Below, piece by piece: positions 14,339-29,184 of a DNA stretch of 64,000 nucleotides (its first letter is position 1; each line of letters starts with the position of its first letter). The stretch is from Macrostomum lignano. Lineage: Eukaryota. The stretch spans positions 62,001 to 126,000 of the forward strand of contig NIVC01000028.1 in NCBI GenBank assembly GCA_002269645.1, in the 5' to 3' direction. Made by a program: the position numbers and the translations under genes. The notes below the pieces were generated by a model, which did not search any database, had not been told where the DNA came from, and worked only from the letters and a program-made list of their open reading frames with translations.

Positions 14339-17300
14339 TCAGGTGAGCATGAGAATCTCCAGCTGCTTGAAGCTGTAGTACCATCCATCAGTGATGTTTT
14401 TGGGAGCATTGCAAGCCCAGGCGATGCCCTTGGCTCGGTCTGCAACTGGTACATTCAGCGCCGTCGGGTAGTTGAAGTACTTGCCGAACGGACCGGAGTT
14501 GTGGCAGCAATTGTGCCAGTAGGGCTGCTCGTATTGAATTGCACAGTTGTGATGGCAGTTGCTCCATCCGCGATCTCGAGTGACGAACTGCCTGTTCGAG
14601 CCTTGGAACAGACAGTTTCCAAGACCCCCAGCAGGTTCGTATGTAGAGTTAGACACCGTGTAGTTGGTGCTCTCGGCCAGAATGAGCAAGTTCAGGTAGT
14701 AGGCGTAGATGTAGGTGTCGTTCCAGTACAGCAGGTCGACGCGGAACCGGTTGCTGCTTGGTTGAGCGCTTGTCCGGTTGTGCAGCCACTCGAGGCCTGG
14801 CGTTTTGAGATTTGAAGGTACGAGCTGAGAAATTTGCTGAACCCTTTCAAATGATGGAGCTTGCTGTTTCGTCTCAATGTTCTAACCAGTAGTTTGATGA
14901 GGCAGGGGTTTTTCTTTGACTGAAATAGCACCTACTTTTAGCTAAAATTACTGATTCAGGGATTCGGGAATTAAAGACGAATCAAGCATCATTTATTAAG
15001 ACTTGATTAAGTAGCCCTTGATGGGAACAGGTACGATAGAAAGAGAAGAAAGGGGATTGCTGTTAGTAGATATATAGGTAGATTTGGTAGTTGGTATGCA
15101 GAATTCTGTGGGACGCTTAGAGCTTTACTTTATTTGTATTGAGCTGATGCTCCCGCTTTGTTTTGCTTCAAGTAGCATGGCATCTGCAATTAAGGCATTT
15201 GCGGTAACTGTAGCCTCGAGAGACTACGAGCGTAGACTAGGTCAATAAAGAAGAAGGCTAATTTCAAGCGCAGCAAAACAACCGCTAGAGTACGCTTGAG
15301 CTAAAATCTCCAAAGTTTTAGATCGTCTTACTTCTCAAGGCTTTGCACCAGGAATTAACCAACAGATTCCATAGAATTAGAAAACAGTTTGGCACCCGAA
15401 GGAATGAAACCGTGCGGCTAGTGGCGTTTCTTTGTGCGGGAGCAGATCAGCTCCAGAATGGCTCTCTGCCGCGGGTGCACCGCCCTGACCCAATGCCGGA
15501 ACTGTGGTCTCAATGAGTGCAGGTACAAAAACCTCCCCTCAAGCAGGGTACAGCAAAGCAATCAACGAGAGCCATTAATAAATGGAGGTAGCAAACACTG
15601 GATCCAGCTCATGGGTAAAGAGACCGTCCTTAAAGTGCAAAACACATCTCCCCAGCCTAGGATCCCTGAATTTCCGATGGGTCTCACCAGAAGGGTACCA
15701 AATTCTGGGCTCCTGTCTTCCAGCTGTCGCTTATTATTATTAAAAAACAGTAGCCCTAGACCAACTGACCAAAACTCCAGCAGTAAGGATCTGCAGCAAT
15801 ACCGTATCATCTTACCAGCAAAGTAGTTGCTGTGATAAGTGCCGAAGCCGGTCTTGTACTCGGCCCAGAGCCGGTCGAAGCTCAGCGCGTCCGACACTCG
15901 CAGGTTGACGGTCTCGAAGCACTGCTGAGTGCCTACAGTGTAGAACTCCTGGATTAGCGATTTCGTGAAAACATAAAAATATTTTTTGTCATAGAAACCG
16001 TCGTGGACTGTCGGTGACATCGACCAACAGCGCTGATGCAGTATCCTGTGCAATACAGAATACACAGATACACATGCACACAGAAACGCACTCAAACACA
16101 CGTCCACTCAGAGGCGTTGAATCTCTAAGCGTCAAGCATGTAACCTACTAGGCGTTGGTTCTCATCGATGCGAGTTATAGAAAAGACCACACAGCTAAGT
16201 TTTTTGAGCAAGCCCTGGGCAACTTAATGCGGCCACACTCGGAATCAAACCAGAAGTCGTTGGCGCAAGAGACACATGCGCGAACACCCAAGCTGCTCCG
16301 TTGCAGAGAAACTAATCGCTGGCACGAAAACTAACTTGAAAATAACCGATATCTTCGTCACCAATGCAGACATGCTTTACTCAACACTAACGTGACGCAA
16401 AAAGTGCTTTCCCAACACTCACATAGACGGCCAGCTCAGAGCTGTTCGGAGGCTGCTCGAACCAGCGGCACAGCGGGTAGTCGGTGAGCAGAGAGCAGCT
16501 GCTGGAGTTGAACACAATCCCGCGACACGCCGGCAACTCGCTGCACTTTTCAACGCAGCCAATGAGCGATGAGGCAGCCGGCTGGTGCTGAAGGAAGGCG
16601 GCGAAGATCTTGACCGAATTGTTGGGAATGTGGACCCGCTTGTGAGTCACGTTTCTAGGAGCCAGGTACTCTGCAGAACGGATGTTTGGGGTTGGTTTCT
16701 ATTCTACGCTCTTATACCTCAATTCATTTGCGTTTAGAAGCTGCTAGACAAGCAGATAAAACAGATGGAGTTTGAAATTCGTCGCTTTAATCGGGTTCAC
16801 CGTCCTGAACAGGAGACAGGCTGCCCGCTGTCTTTTCCCACGAAACCTTTCTTATAGGGTAAAAAAGGGTGGCTGGTCTCAGGGTCGCCGCTTTAAGAGG
16901 CTCGGTGACGACCAAGCCAGTACTTGTGGGGTCTTTGTTCTGTAATTTTTCTGCTTATTTATTCCCCCCCCCCCCGAGAAAATATCGGCGTGCCTAATCG
17001 CGGACACGAAACGCGAGCACCCCAACGGGTCTCAAGCACAGGCTCAGGATATAACCTGGATTGAATGCCCCCGTGTTTCCAGTTCATTGGGGGCATACGA
17101 ATTAATAAAGTATGACAAGTTTGCTCGAAACCGTTTAGTACGAACGTGGCTATAACGTTTATAAGGCTGTAGACTACGACAAGCATAACAAGACCAAATT
17201 TAAGCGATACAGTCCTAACAGCAATTACAGAAAAGTCAAGTGCGCTCGTTTCAAAAGCATGGAAAGTTCAGAAAACATAAGAGGCGAGCTAACAATAAAT

Positions 17301-18019
17301 AGGCAGCCTTGATAATAATACAAATAAAGTTAAAAGGCTCGTAGCCAGTTCAACGCTGGCTAAACATTTTACCACGTCGAGTTTACATCTTAGTACATGA
17401 TGTTTTCAGTAACGACGCCGTTGAACGTCAAGTCAAGAACTTTGCTTCACTGATTGTTGGTTGGTTTCTTTTCATAAGATTCGATCAGACTTCAGTAGTA
17501 ATTTTCCCAAACTCACCAAGTAGGCGGCCGCTGTCGGTGCCTCTGACCAGCTGCTGCTCAAAGTCGCGAGCCTTCCAGATCTGCACTCCGTCCTCAAGCT
17601 GAAACTCTCTAGCAACGAAGCTGCTGTTGCTCAGGCCCGGCTCGCTCGAAGTGTTGATGACGAGCATCCAGCATTCGAGGATCGCGGCTTCCTTGACGAT
17701 CGCGACAGCGCATGACGTTGCCCAGCACTTCATCAGGCAGTGCGAGTTCGTGTGCAGGCCGGTCGCATTGAGCAGCCCGCTGCAGACATAGCTTCCAATA
17801 TTGACTGAGCCGCTGGTCACCTGATCATAGCTGCTGTCGATGACGGCGGCGTAGCTCACAGCTGCAATGGTTTTCAGTGAGTAGTGAGTGCGGTGCATTA
17901 TGTGCACAGTAGCCACAAGTGTCTCCATCAAGGTGGCACCATTTAGATTCAGACTCACCCGTGAGCAGCTGGCACAGAAGCAGCTGCAGCAGCTCGGACT
18001 GCTTGGCGTTCAGTTTCAT
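14339..18019 (-). CDS. Secreted protein with two PAN/apple-like domains and a C-terminal fibrinogen-related domain (FReD), copy B, 414 aa
   Basis: Exons 18019-17959, 17861-17517, 16670-16423, 15948-15816 and 14796-14339 (1245 nt, open, GT-AG). Signal-peptide-like N-terminus; C-x3-C-x4-C..C-x-L motifs in exons 2 and 3; FReD motifs FDRLWAEYKTGFG, GLEWLH, FRVDL, FVTRDR and YSFKQLE. Confidence 0.85.
16180..16310 (-). mobile_element. Degenerate tRNA-like SINE head in intron 3 of FReD copy B
   Basis: The minus strand reads GGAGCAGCTTGGG...GGTTTGATTCCGAGTGTGGCCGCATTAA, resembling the SINE head at 34249. This intron is 474 bp versus 82 bp in copy C. Confidence 0.4.
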
Positions 18020-18689
18020 TGCAGACAGGGGTTGCTAGGCAGATTCTTGCAGTTTTTGTTGTTGCTAAAGAGGCGAAATGCGAGGTCTTCTTCGATGGTG
18101 CTAGGTTCTGAGTGGGGCTCCTAAAGTATAGCAGTTGGCAGTTTTTCTTCTCAGTTTTCAACCCACGCGTTGCCAAGCAGTTTAGAAGCTGGCTTTATTC
18201 TCATCGCTCCATCTCTCTCCCAACGGTACGCTTGAAAATTCCTAATTAGCAAGCAGGAACTCCAGAATTTCTTTCAGCAAGTTTTGGCATGCATTGTTGG
18301 AGAGCTGGGCAAATATCTCTACTTGGAATTAATGTGTGTCTAAGCTATTGTTTAAACTTTTTTTTGAGAAAGAAGACTGCATCTTCCGTTCCGCTGTCCC
18401 ATTATTACGGTAGTGCTCACTACGCGCCAGTATCTCATCAATAATGCACAGGCGAGGGCCTTTGCAAGCAGGAATAAATGTAAGCATCAGTCTGAGTTTC
18501 AAATTCAAAAGAAGCGATGATTTGTGCCAGCTTGCTCTGCATCTTCTAAAAAGAGAGGCACGATAATTATTATTAGAACGGGTACTGTTGGCCTGTGTTC
18601 TCCTAGCCATGTAGATTAGGTAGGACCTGTTGTGAATGCGAGCATTTAACGGTTAATAGTTAGTAATTCCCACACGAACGGTAAGCTAG

Positions 18690-19400
18690 TATAGCATTTG
18701 TCATTCCAAATGAGAATATCACACTCTCAAAACGAAAACACATAGACATTCCCCCATAGCTTGCGCTATCCGTGGCCCAAACATTTGCTTTAAGACCATA
18801 AACAATAGACATTCAAAACGATCAAAGGACACTCAAAATGAGAATTTCTCTTACCCCCCCTCTTCGCTCGCTGGTTCGTTCGTTGCTTCGTTCGTTTGTT
18901 TACGTCGCTATTTTTTCTTTCTGCGTGTACTTTCGCTCAGACAACGTCTGATCTCTGCTATTGACCAGGGTTCGTCACTAAAGGAGGCAGCCAAAATATT
19001 GCAAGTGCCTGTGTCCACTGCATACCGAATTGTGAAAGCCTATCAACAGGAAGGGAGACTTGAAGCGCTTCCACGTGGAGGAAGGAAAGAAGGAAACCGC
19101 AAAATTGACGACGAAATGAAAGTTTTTCTGCAAGAGAAGCTCGAGCCCAACCCGTTCTGCACCCTGAATGAACTGCATCGCCATCTTCGAAACGAGTTTC
19201 CTCACGGTCCGGTCCAATAAAACGGAATGCAATTTTCCATAGAAATTTATCCTTTGCTATATTTGATTCTAAACAGCACCTACTTTCTCAATTTGATATG
19301 GTCAAATAGAAACATTATGCGCCTTGCCTCGGTCGGAAGGCATAAAGCTCAATGCCTTTCTTGAGTGGTGACAATTCTCATTTACAGTGACAAAAAGGAA
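18690..19400 (+). mobile_element. Internally deleted Tc1/mariner/IS630-like DNA transposon remnant
   Basis: Frame ~18936-19220 reads LRQRLISAIDQGSSLKEAAKILQVPVSTAYRIVKAY...TLNELHRHL, a paired HTH DNA-binding region typical of Tc1-type transposases, with no DDE domain. Imperfect inverted AAATGAGAAT motifs at ~18709/18836 versus ~19284/19374. Confidence 0.6.
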
Positions 19401-19554
19401 TACTTGGTGACGAAATATTAAGTAGCATAGGACGCTTGAGATTATTCAGATTTTGTATATACAACTCTTGTGACTTTTTAACGACTCAAATGACTGTAAA
19501 TGCAATGGAGAGGCGACTGTTGAGTCAAGAGTGCATCACGGAAGTTGCGTAATC

Positions 19555-21433
<1,879 letters not shown>

Positions 21434-21667
21434 GACTGTAAATGCAATGGAGAGGCGACTGTTGAGTCAAGAGTGCATCACGGAAGTTGCGTAATCGTAA
21501 AAGAAACGCGAAGTCATCCAAGAGTCGCTGTGCTATTGCTTAAATATCTAACTGAAGTAGATTAAATAGAGTTGTTATAAATGCAAGATTCGAGTTGCTA
21601 TTGTGAGGCAGGTACAAACAGTACTTTCCACAATTGCTTAAGAACTAGGGAACTAAGGTATTTGGAG

Positions 21668-24600
21668 TGGACCTAGTGGTATTTAGAGTGATCGGATCCT
21701 ATTTAGAGTCGACCTAGTGGTATTTAGAGTGATCGGATCCTATTTAGAGTGGACCTAGTGGTATTTAGAGTGGACCTAGTGGTATTTAGAGTGGACCTAG
21801 TGGTATTTAGAGTGACCAGATCCTATTTAGAGTGGCCTGATCGTATTTAGAGTGACCTGCTCGTTTTTAGAGTGACCTGATAATATTTAGAGTGACTTAA
21901 AGAGTATGTAGAGTGACCTGATCGTATTTAGCGTGACCTGATTGCATTTAGAGTGACCTGATCGCATTTAGAGTGACCTGATTGCATTTAGAGTGACCTG
22001 ATTGCATTTAGAGTGACCTGATCGCATTTAGAGTGACCTGATTGCAGTTAGAGTGACCTGATCGCATTTAGAGTGACCTGATTGCAGTTAGAGTGATCTG
22101 ATTGCATTTAGAGTGACTTGATGATCGCATTAAGAGTGACCTGATCGAATTTAGAGTGACCTGATCGCATTTAGAGTGAACTGATTGCATTTAGAGTGAC
22201 CTGATCGCATTTAGAGTGACCTGATCGCATTTAGAGTGACCTGATTGCAGTTAGAGTGACCTGATCGCATTTAGAGTGACCTGATTGCAGTTAGAGTGAT
22301 CTGATTGCATTTAGAGTGACTTGATGATCGCATTAAGAGTGACCTGATCGCATTTAGAGTGACCTGATCGCATTTAGAGTGACCTGATTGCAGTTAGAGT
22401 GACCTGATCGCATTTAGAGTGACCTGATTGCATTTAATGTGACCTGATCGCATTTAGAGTGACCTGATCGCATTTAGAGTGACCTGATCGCATTTAGAGT
22501 GACCTGATTGCAGTTAGAGTGACCTGATCGCATTTAGAGTGACCTGATTGCAGTTAGAGTGACCTGATCGCATTTAGAGTGACCTGATCGCATTTAGAGT
22601 GACCTGATCGCATTTAGAGTGACCTGATTGCATTTAGAGTGAACTGATTGCATTTAGAGTGCCCTGATTGGATTTAATGTGACCTGATTGCATTTAGAGT
22701 GACCTGATTGCATTTAGAGTGACCTGATTGCAGTTAGAGTGACCTGATCGCATTTAGAGTGACCTGATTGCATTTAGAGTGACCTGATCGCATTTAGAGT
22801 GACCTGATCGCATTTAGAGTGACCTGATCGCATTTAGAGTGACCTGATTGCAGTTAGAGTGACCTGATCGCATTTAGAGTGACCTGATTGCAGTTAGAGT
22901 GACCTGATCGCATTTAGAGTGACCTGATCGCATTTAGAGTGACCTGATCGCATTTAGAGTGACCTGATTGCATTTAGAGTGAACTGATTGCATTTAGAGT
23001 GCCCTGATTGGATTTAATGTGACCTGATTGCATTTAGAGTGACCTGATTGCATTTAGAGTGACCTGATCGCATTTAGAGTGACCTGATTGCATTTAGAGT
23101 GACCTGATTGCATTTAGAGTGAACTGATTGCATTTAGAGTAACCTGATTGCATTTAGAGTGACCTGATTGCATTTAATGTGACCTGATTGCATTTAGAGT
23201 GACCTGATTGCATTTAGAGTGAACTGATTGCATTTAGAGTGACCTGATCGCATTTAGAGTGACCTGATCGCATTTAGAGTGACCTGATTGCAGTTAGAGT
23301 GACCTGATCGCATTTAGAGTGACCTGATTGCATTTAATGTGACCTGATCGCATTTAGAGTGACCTGATCGCATTTAGAGTGACCTGATCGCATTTAGAGT
23401 GACCTGATTGCAGTTAGAGTGACCTGATCGCATTTAGAGTGACCTGATTGCAGTTAGAGTGACCTGATCGCATTTAGAGTGACCTGATCGCATTTAGAGT
23501 GACCTGATCGCATTTAGAGTGACCTGATTGCATTTAGAGTGAACTGATTGCATTTAGAGTGCCCTGATTGGATTTAATGTGACCTGATTGCATTTAGAGT
23601 GACCTGATTGCATTTAGAGTGACCTGATTGCAGTTAGAGTGACCTGATCGCATTTAGAGTGACCTGATTGCATTTAGAGTGACCTGATCGCATTTAGAGT
23701 GACCTGATCGCATTTAGAGTGACCTGATCGCATTTAGAGTGACCTGATTGCAGTTAGAGTGACCTGATCGCATTTAGAGTGACCTGATTGCAGTTAGAGT
23801 GACCTGATCGCATTTAGAGTGACCTGATCGCATTTAGAGTGACCTGATCGCATTTAGAGTGACCTGATTGCATTTAGAGTGAACTGATTGCATTTAGAGT
23901 GCCCTGATTGGATTTAATGTGACCTGATTGCATTTAGAGTGACCTGATTGCATTTAGAGTGACCTGATCGCATTTAGAGTGACCTGATTGCATTTAGAGT
24001 GACCTGATTGCATTTAGAGTGAACTGATTGCATTTAGAGTAACCTGATTGCATTTAGAGTGACCTGATTGCATTTAATGTGACCTGATTGCATTTAGAGT
24101 GACCTGATTGCATTTAGAGTGAACTGATTGCATTTAGAGTGACCTGATCGCATTTAGAGTGACCTGATCGCATTTAGAGTGACCTGATCGCATTTAGAGT
24201 GACCTGATCGCATTTAGAGTGACCTGATCGCATTTAGAGTGACCTGATTGCATTTAGAGTGAACTGATTGCATTTAGAGTGCCCTGATTGGATTTAATGT
24301 GACCTGATTGCATTTAGAGTGACCTGATTGCATTTAGAGTGACCTGATCGCATTTAGAGTGACCTGATTGCATTTAGAGTGACCTGATTGCATTTAGAGT
24401 GAACTGATTGCATTTAGAGTAACCTGATTGCATTTAGAGTGACCTGATTGCATTTAATGTGACCTGATTGCAGTTAGAGTGACCTGATTGCATTTAGAGT
24501 GAACTGATTGCATTTAGAGTGACCTGATCGCATTTAGAGTGACCTGATCGCATTTAGAGTGACCTGATCGCATTTAGAGTGACCTGATCGCATTTAGAGT

Positions 24601-25137
24601 GACCTGATCGCATTTAGAGTGACCTGATTGCATTTAGAGTGAACTGATTGCATTTAGAGTGCCCTGGTTGGATTTAATGTGACCTGATTGCATTTAGAGT
24701 GAACTGATTGCATTTAGAGTAACCTGATTGCATTTAGAGTGACCTGATTGCATTTAATGTGACCTGATTGCATTTAGAGTGACCTGATTGCATTTAGAGT
24801 GAACTGATTGCATTTAGAGTGCCCTGATTGGATTTAATGTGACCTGATTGCATTTAGAGTGACCTGATTGCATTTAGAGTGACCTGATCGCATTTAGAGT
24901 GACCTGATTGCATTTAGAGTGACCTGATTGCATTTAGAGTGAACTGATTGCATTTAGAGTAACCTGATTGCATTTAGAGTGACCTGATTGCATTTAATGT
25001 GACCTGATTGCATTTAGAGTGACCTGATTGCATTTAGAGTGAACTGATTGCATTTAGAGTGACCTGATCGCATTTAGAGTGACCTGATCGCATTTAGAGT
25101 GACCTGATCGCATTTAGAGTGACCTAATTGCATTTAA
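21668..25137 (+). repeat. 20-bp satellite (GACCTGAT(T/C)GCATTTAGAGT), ~170 copies, with higher-order structure
   Basis: Period 20 is visible in register; degenerate left edge. Confidence 0.98.
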
Positions 25138-25721
25138 TTGCAACCAGGTAGAAGCTAAAAAGTTTACAGTTACACCCCTCAGTAGCATATGCAGGGTTTA
25201 ACGCGCTGCTTATTGTATTAAACAAGAATTTCTAATGAACACACTTTTTCTAAAATGAGAACTCTTTAAAGCATCATGGAGGACCAATCTTTCAGACTGG
25301 CGCTGACGGCTTATTTAACTTGTGGGGTGGGCGGTGGAGGCTGAGGAACTCTCTGCATCGTGAGCTACAAGCCACCGTGTCCAGCTGGGTCCGTGCCAAA
25401 TATTTACAGCTCTCAGCCGGCCTTCTTACCTGGCCTCTGAGTCTCCTTGAGTCTTCTAACACTGGACTGCCCCCATGCATTATTCACTCCCGCCTCATTC
25501 TCCTCTACCCCGCTACAGTCCTTTGCCCCTCCTATTGCCTTGCTTCCTTCTAGAAGACAGAACTGAGTTGAGCACTGCCCAGTTAAAAAGAGTCTGAGAC
25601 TCATTCGGTTGCTAATAGCAACCAAGCAAATCCCACAGTTTCATGGCGATCTGGAGTCACGGTATCTGGGGTGCTGTAACTTTGCAAAATTTCATCTTGT
25701 ATTGGACAATTTTTATCTGAG

Positions 25722-26785
25722 GGTGATTCTCACCTGAGTACTGGGGCGATTCTCACCTGAGTACTGGGGCGATTCTCACCTGAGTACTGGGGCGATTCTC
25801 AATTGAGTACTGGGGCGATTCTCACCTGAGTACTGGGGCGATTCTCACCTGAGTACTGGGGCGATTCTCACCTGAGTACTGGGGCGATTCTCAATTGAGT
25901 ACTGGGGCGATTCTCACCTGAGTACTGGGGCGATTCTCAATTGAGTACTGGGGCGATTCTCAATTGAGTACTGGGGCGATTCTCAATTGAGTACTGGGGC
26001 GATTCTCACCTGAGTACTGGGGCGATTCTCAATTGAGTACTGGGGCGATTCTCAATTGAGTACTGGGGCGATTCTCACCTGAGTACTGGGGCGATTCTCA
26101 CCTGAGTACTGGGGCGATTCTCAATTGAGTACTGGGGCGATTCTCACCTGAGTACTGGGGCGATTCTCACCTGAGTGCTGGGGTGATTCTCATCTGAGTG
26201 CTGGGGCGATTCTCACCTGAGTGCTGGGGCGATTCTCACCTGAGTGCTGGGGCGATTCTCACTTGAGTGCTGGGGTGATTCTCATCTGAGTGCTGGGGCG
26301 ATTCTCAATTGAGTGCTGGGGCGATTCTCACCTGAGTGCTGGGGCGATTCTCACCTGAGTGCTGGGGCGATTCTCACCTGAGTGCTGGGGTGATTCTCAT
26401 CTGAGTGCTGGGGCGATTCTCAATTGAGTGCTGGGGCGATTCTCACCTGAGTGCTGGGGCGATTCTCACTTGAGTGCTGGGAGGATTCTCACCTGAGTGC
26501 TGGGACGATTCTCACCTGAGTACTGGGGTGATTCTCACCTGAGTACTGGGGCGATTCTCACCTAAGTGCTGGGGCGATTCTAAATTGAATACTGGGGCGA
26601 TTCTCACCTGAGTGCTGGGAGGATTCTTACCTGAGTGCTGGGGCGATTCTCACCTGATTACTAGGGTGATTCTCACCTGATTACTAGGGTGATTCTCACC
26701 TGATTACTAGGGTGATTCTCACCTGATTACTAGGGTGATTCTCACCTGATTACTAGGGTGATTCTCACCTGAGTGCTGGGGGATT
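25722..26785 (+). repeat. 23-bp minisatellite (GGGGCGATTCTCACCTGAGTACT), ~45 copies
   Basis: Tandem units; variants are zoned along the array. Confidence 0.97.
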
Positions 26786-27429
26786 TTCATGAGTAGAGCG
26801 GATCTCAAAGATAGTAACATTTTTTAAATGACAGAAAAGGTCATTTTCATAGTTAGAAAAGCTCTACTAAGGCTGCATGTTGCTCATTCCAAATTCTATC
26901 TCCAGAACTCCATGAGCAGCGACCTCTCCACTCTCTCCTGTCCCTCTCTCCCCCCTTAGCCTACAGGAGTTTTGTGTTTTTGAGTTTCCGCAGACCGCAG
27001 GCTGGGCAGGCAGTCCGTTTGAGTAGGTGGACAGAGAGGCCAACCGTTTTTTCCCATTTTAATCTTCACATCCCATCTCAGAGAAGTACCGACCTTTGAG
27101 TTCGTCTGGCTCTCTATTCCTGGCCAATGCACTTTTAATAGACACAGTTGGAGCACCAGTGGCTGCGATTTGGTTGCAATGCTCTGCAACATTTTGCTTC
27201 TAACTTAATTGGTCTCCACTTGAAAATATCCGCGATACTAACTGACTTTCTGTTAAAGTACATCCTACTCGTGGGAAGGAAAGCGCGGAGTGAGAGATCG
27301 TGCAGCAATGTGATGCCTTTCGCGGAGGGAATTTCTGCTGAAGATGTTGTAGAGATCTTGGGCGATATTGGGCGATTGTCTGGGATAAGATGCGTTTGCT
27401 ATGGGCAGATTTTTTAAGTTAAAGGCGAT

Positions 27430-28600
27430 TTTTGGGGCGATTCTCAATGGCGATTTACAGAGGTTTGCAGACTTGCAGAGTTGTTCTCCGGGGCGATTCA
27501 TGCTATTCTCAAGGGCGATTCTCAAGGGCGATTCCCAATGTGTTTTATGCTATTCTCATTTTCGATTCTCATTTTCGATTCTCATTTTCGATTCTCAAGG
27601 GCGATTCCAAAGGGCGATTCTCAAGGGCGATTAAGACAGGGGTGATTCTCAGGATAGGGTTGATTTTCAGGGGTGATTCTCAGGATAGGGTTGATTTTCA
27701 GGGGTGATTCTCAGGATAGGGTTGATTTTCAGGGGTGATTCTCAGGATAGGGTTGATTCTCAGGGGTGATTCTCAGGATAGGGTTGATTCTCAGGGGTGA
27801 TTCTCAGAATAGGGTTGATTCTCAGGGGTGATTCTCAGGGGTGATTCTCAGGACTGATTCTCAGAGGCAATTCTCGGAGAGGATGGGGGTGAATCTCAGG
27901 GTGGCCAATCTCAGGGTAGTGATTCTCAGGTGTGTTTCTCCGGGGTGGTTCTCAAGGAGGCAATTTTCTGTGGCAATTCTTGGGGGCGATGGGGCGATTC
28001 TCAGGGGTGATTTTCAAGTGGTGATTCTTATGGTTTGATTCTTAGAGAGTGATTCTCATAGGGTGGTTCTCAAAGGTGATTCTGAAGGGCGTGATTCTAT
28101 GGAAGGGACAATTATCGAGAGCGATTCTCAGATGCACTTCTCCGGGGTGATTCTTAGGGCGATTCTGAAGTACGATTCTAAAGAGGGGGGATTCTCAAGG
28201 GGTGATTCTCAAGGGGTGATTCTCAAGGGGTGATTCTCAAGGGGTGATTCTCAAGGGGTAATTCTTAAGGGGTGATTCTCAAGGGGTAATTCTCAAGGGG
28301 TAATTCTCAAGGGGTGATTCTCAAGGGGTGATTCTCAAGGGGTAATTTTTAAGGGGTGATTCTCAAGGGGTAATTCTCAAGGGGTGATTCTCAAGGGGTA
28401 ATTCTCAAGGGGTGATTCTCAAGGGGTGATTCTCAAGGGGTGATTCTCAAGGGGTAATTCTCAAGGGGTGATTCTCAAGGGGTGATTCTCAAGGGGTGAT
28501 TCTCAAGGGGTGATTCTCAAGGGGTGATTCTCAAGGGGTAATTCTCAAGGGGTAATTCTCAAGGGGTAATTCTCAAGGGGCGATTCTCAAGGGCGATTTT
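27430..28600 (+). repeat. Compound GATTCTC-core repeats: 13-mers (~27500-27630), 31-mer (~27637-27830), degenerate zone and 14-mer AAGGGGT(G/A)ATTCTC (~28190-28590)
   Basis: All units share GGG(C/T)GATTCTCA. Confidence 0.9.
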
Positions 28601-29184
28601 CAGAGTCGGTATTCTGAGTAGTTCTCACATGTGATTTTTAGAGTAATTCTCAAGAGCAGTGATTAAAATTGTCATGTCACTGTATTCTGTCGGTTTTATA
28701 GAAATTCATTTAACGATCTGGATTTTATACAGCAATATTTTAACACTATACTTTCTAGCGATAATTTGTTGAAGAATATAAAAAATTGAAGTAAGGAGTC
28801 TGAAGAGTCAACCAACTCAAAATATGCTTTTCGCTAAATGGTGTGCAACCATTTCTGTCACACTACCCACATGCCGCTAGCATGGAAACCAGAGCTCTGC
28901 ACTGGCAACTCAGTTGTGCTCAGAAAAGCGCATCTCAGCTCCACACTCTCCGCCGCACACTCCGTTCTCAAGGTGCACATTTGTGCTCAACTCTCTCAAT
29001 CTCTATTTAACTCGTCTTCTTGCTGCCACCTAATCTAACCATTTTCCTCTCTCTCTCTCTCACCGTTTCTAAGTCAGGGCTGCTCATTTCTCTCTCTCTA
29101 AAAGCCTGTCTTAGAGTAGGCTCAAAGCAGAGTTGAGTTCAGGTTCGCACAGCCAGAGAGCACAGCCAGAAGCCGCCCATCGCC

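Noticed and set aside
17485-18019. A separate small secreted gene upstream of each PAN-FReD gene
   Set aside because: A conserved G|GTGAGT donor precedes the apparent stop in all three copies and joins exon 3 in phase 1, so it is one gene.
21668-25137. TTAGAG in the 20-mer as an interstitial telomere
   Set aside because: Only one hexamer per 20-bp unit; not a (TTAGGG)n tract.
21668-26785. CRISPR-like regular arrays (20-mer and 23-mer with palindromic cores)
   Set aside because: Head-to-tail repeats with no unique spacers, no cas genes, and a eukaryotic context.
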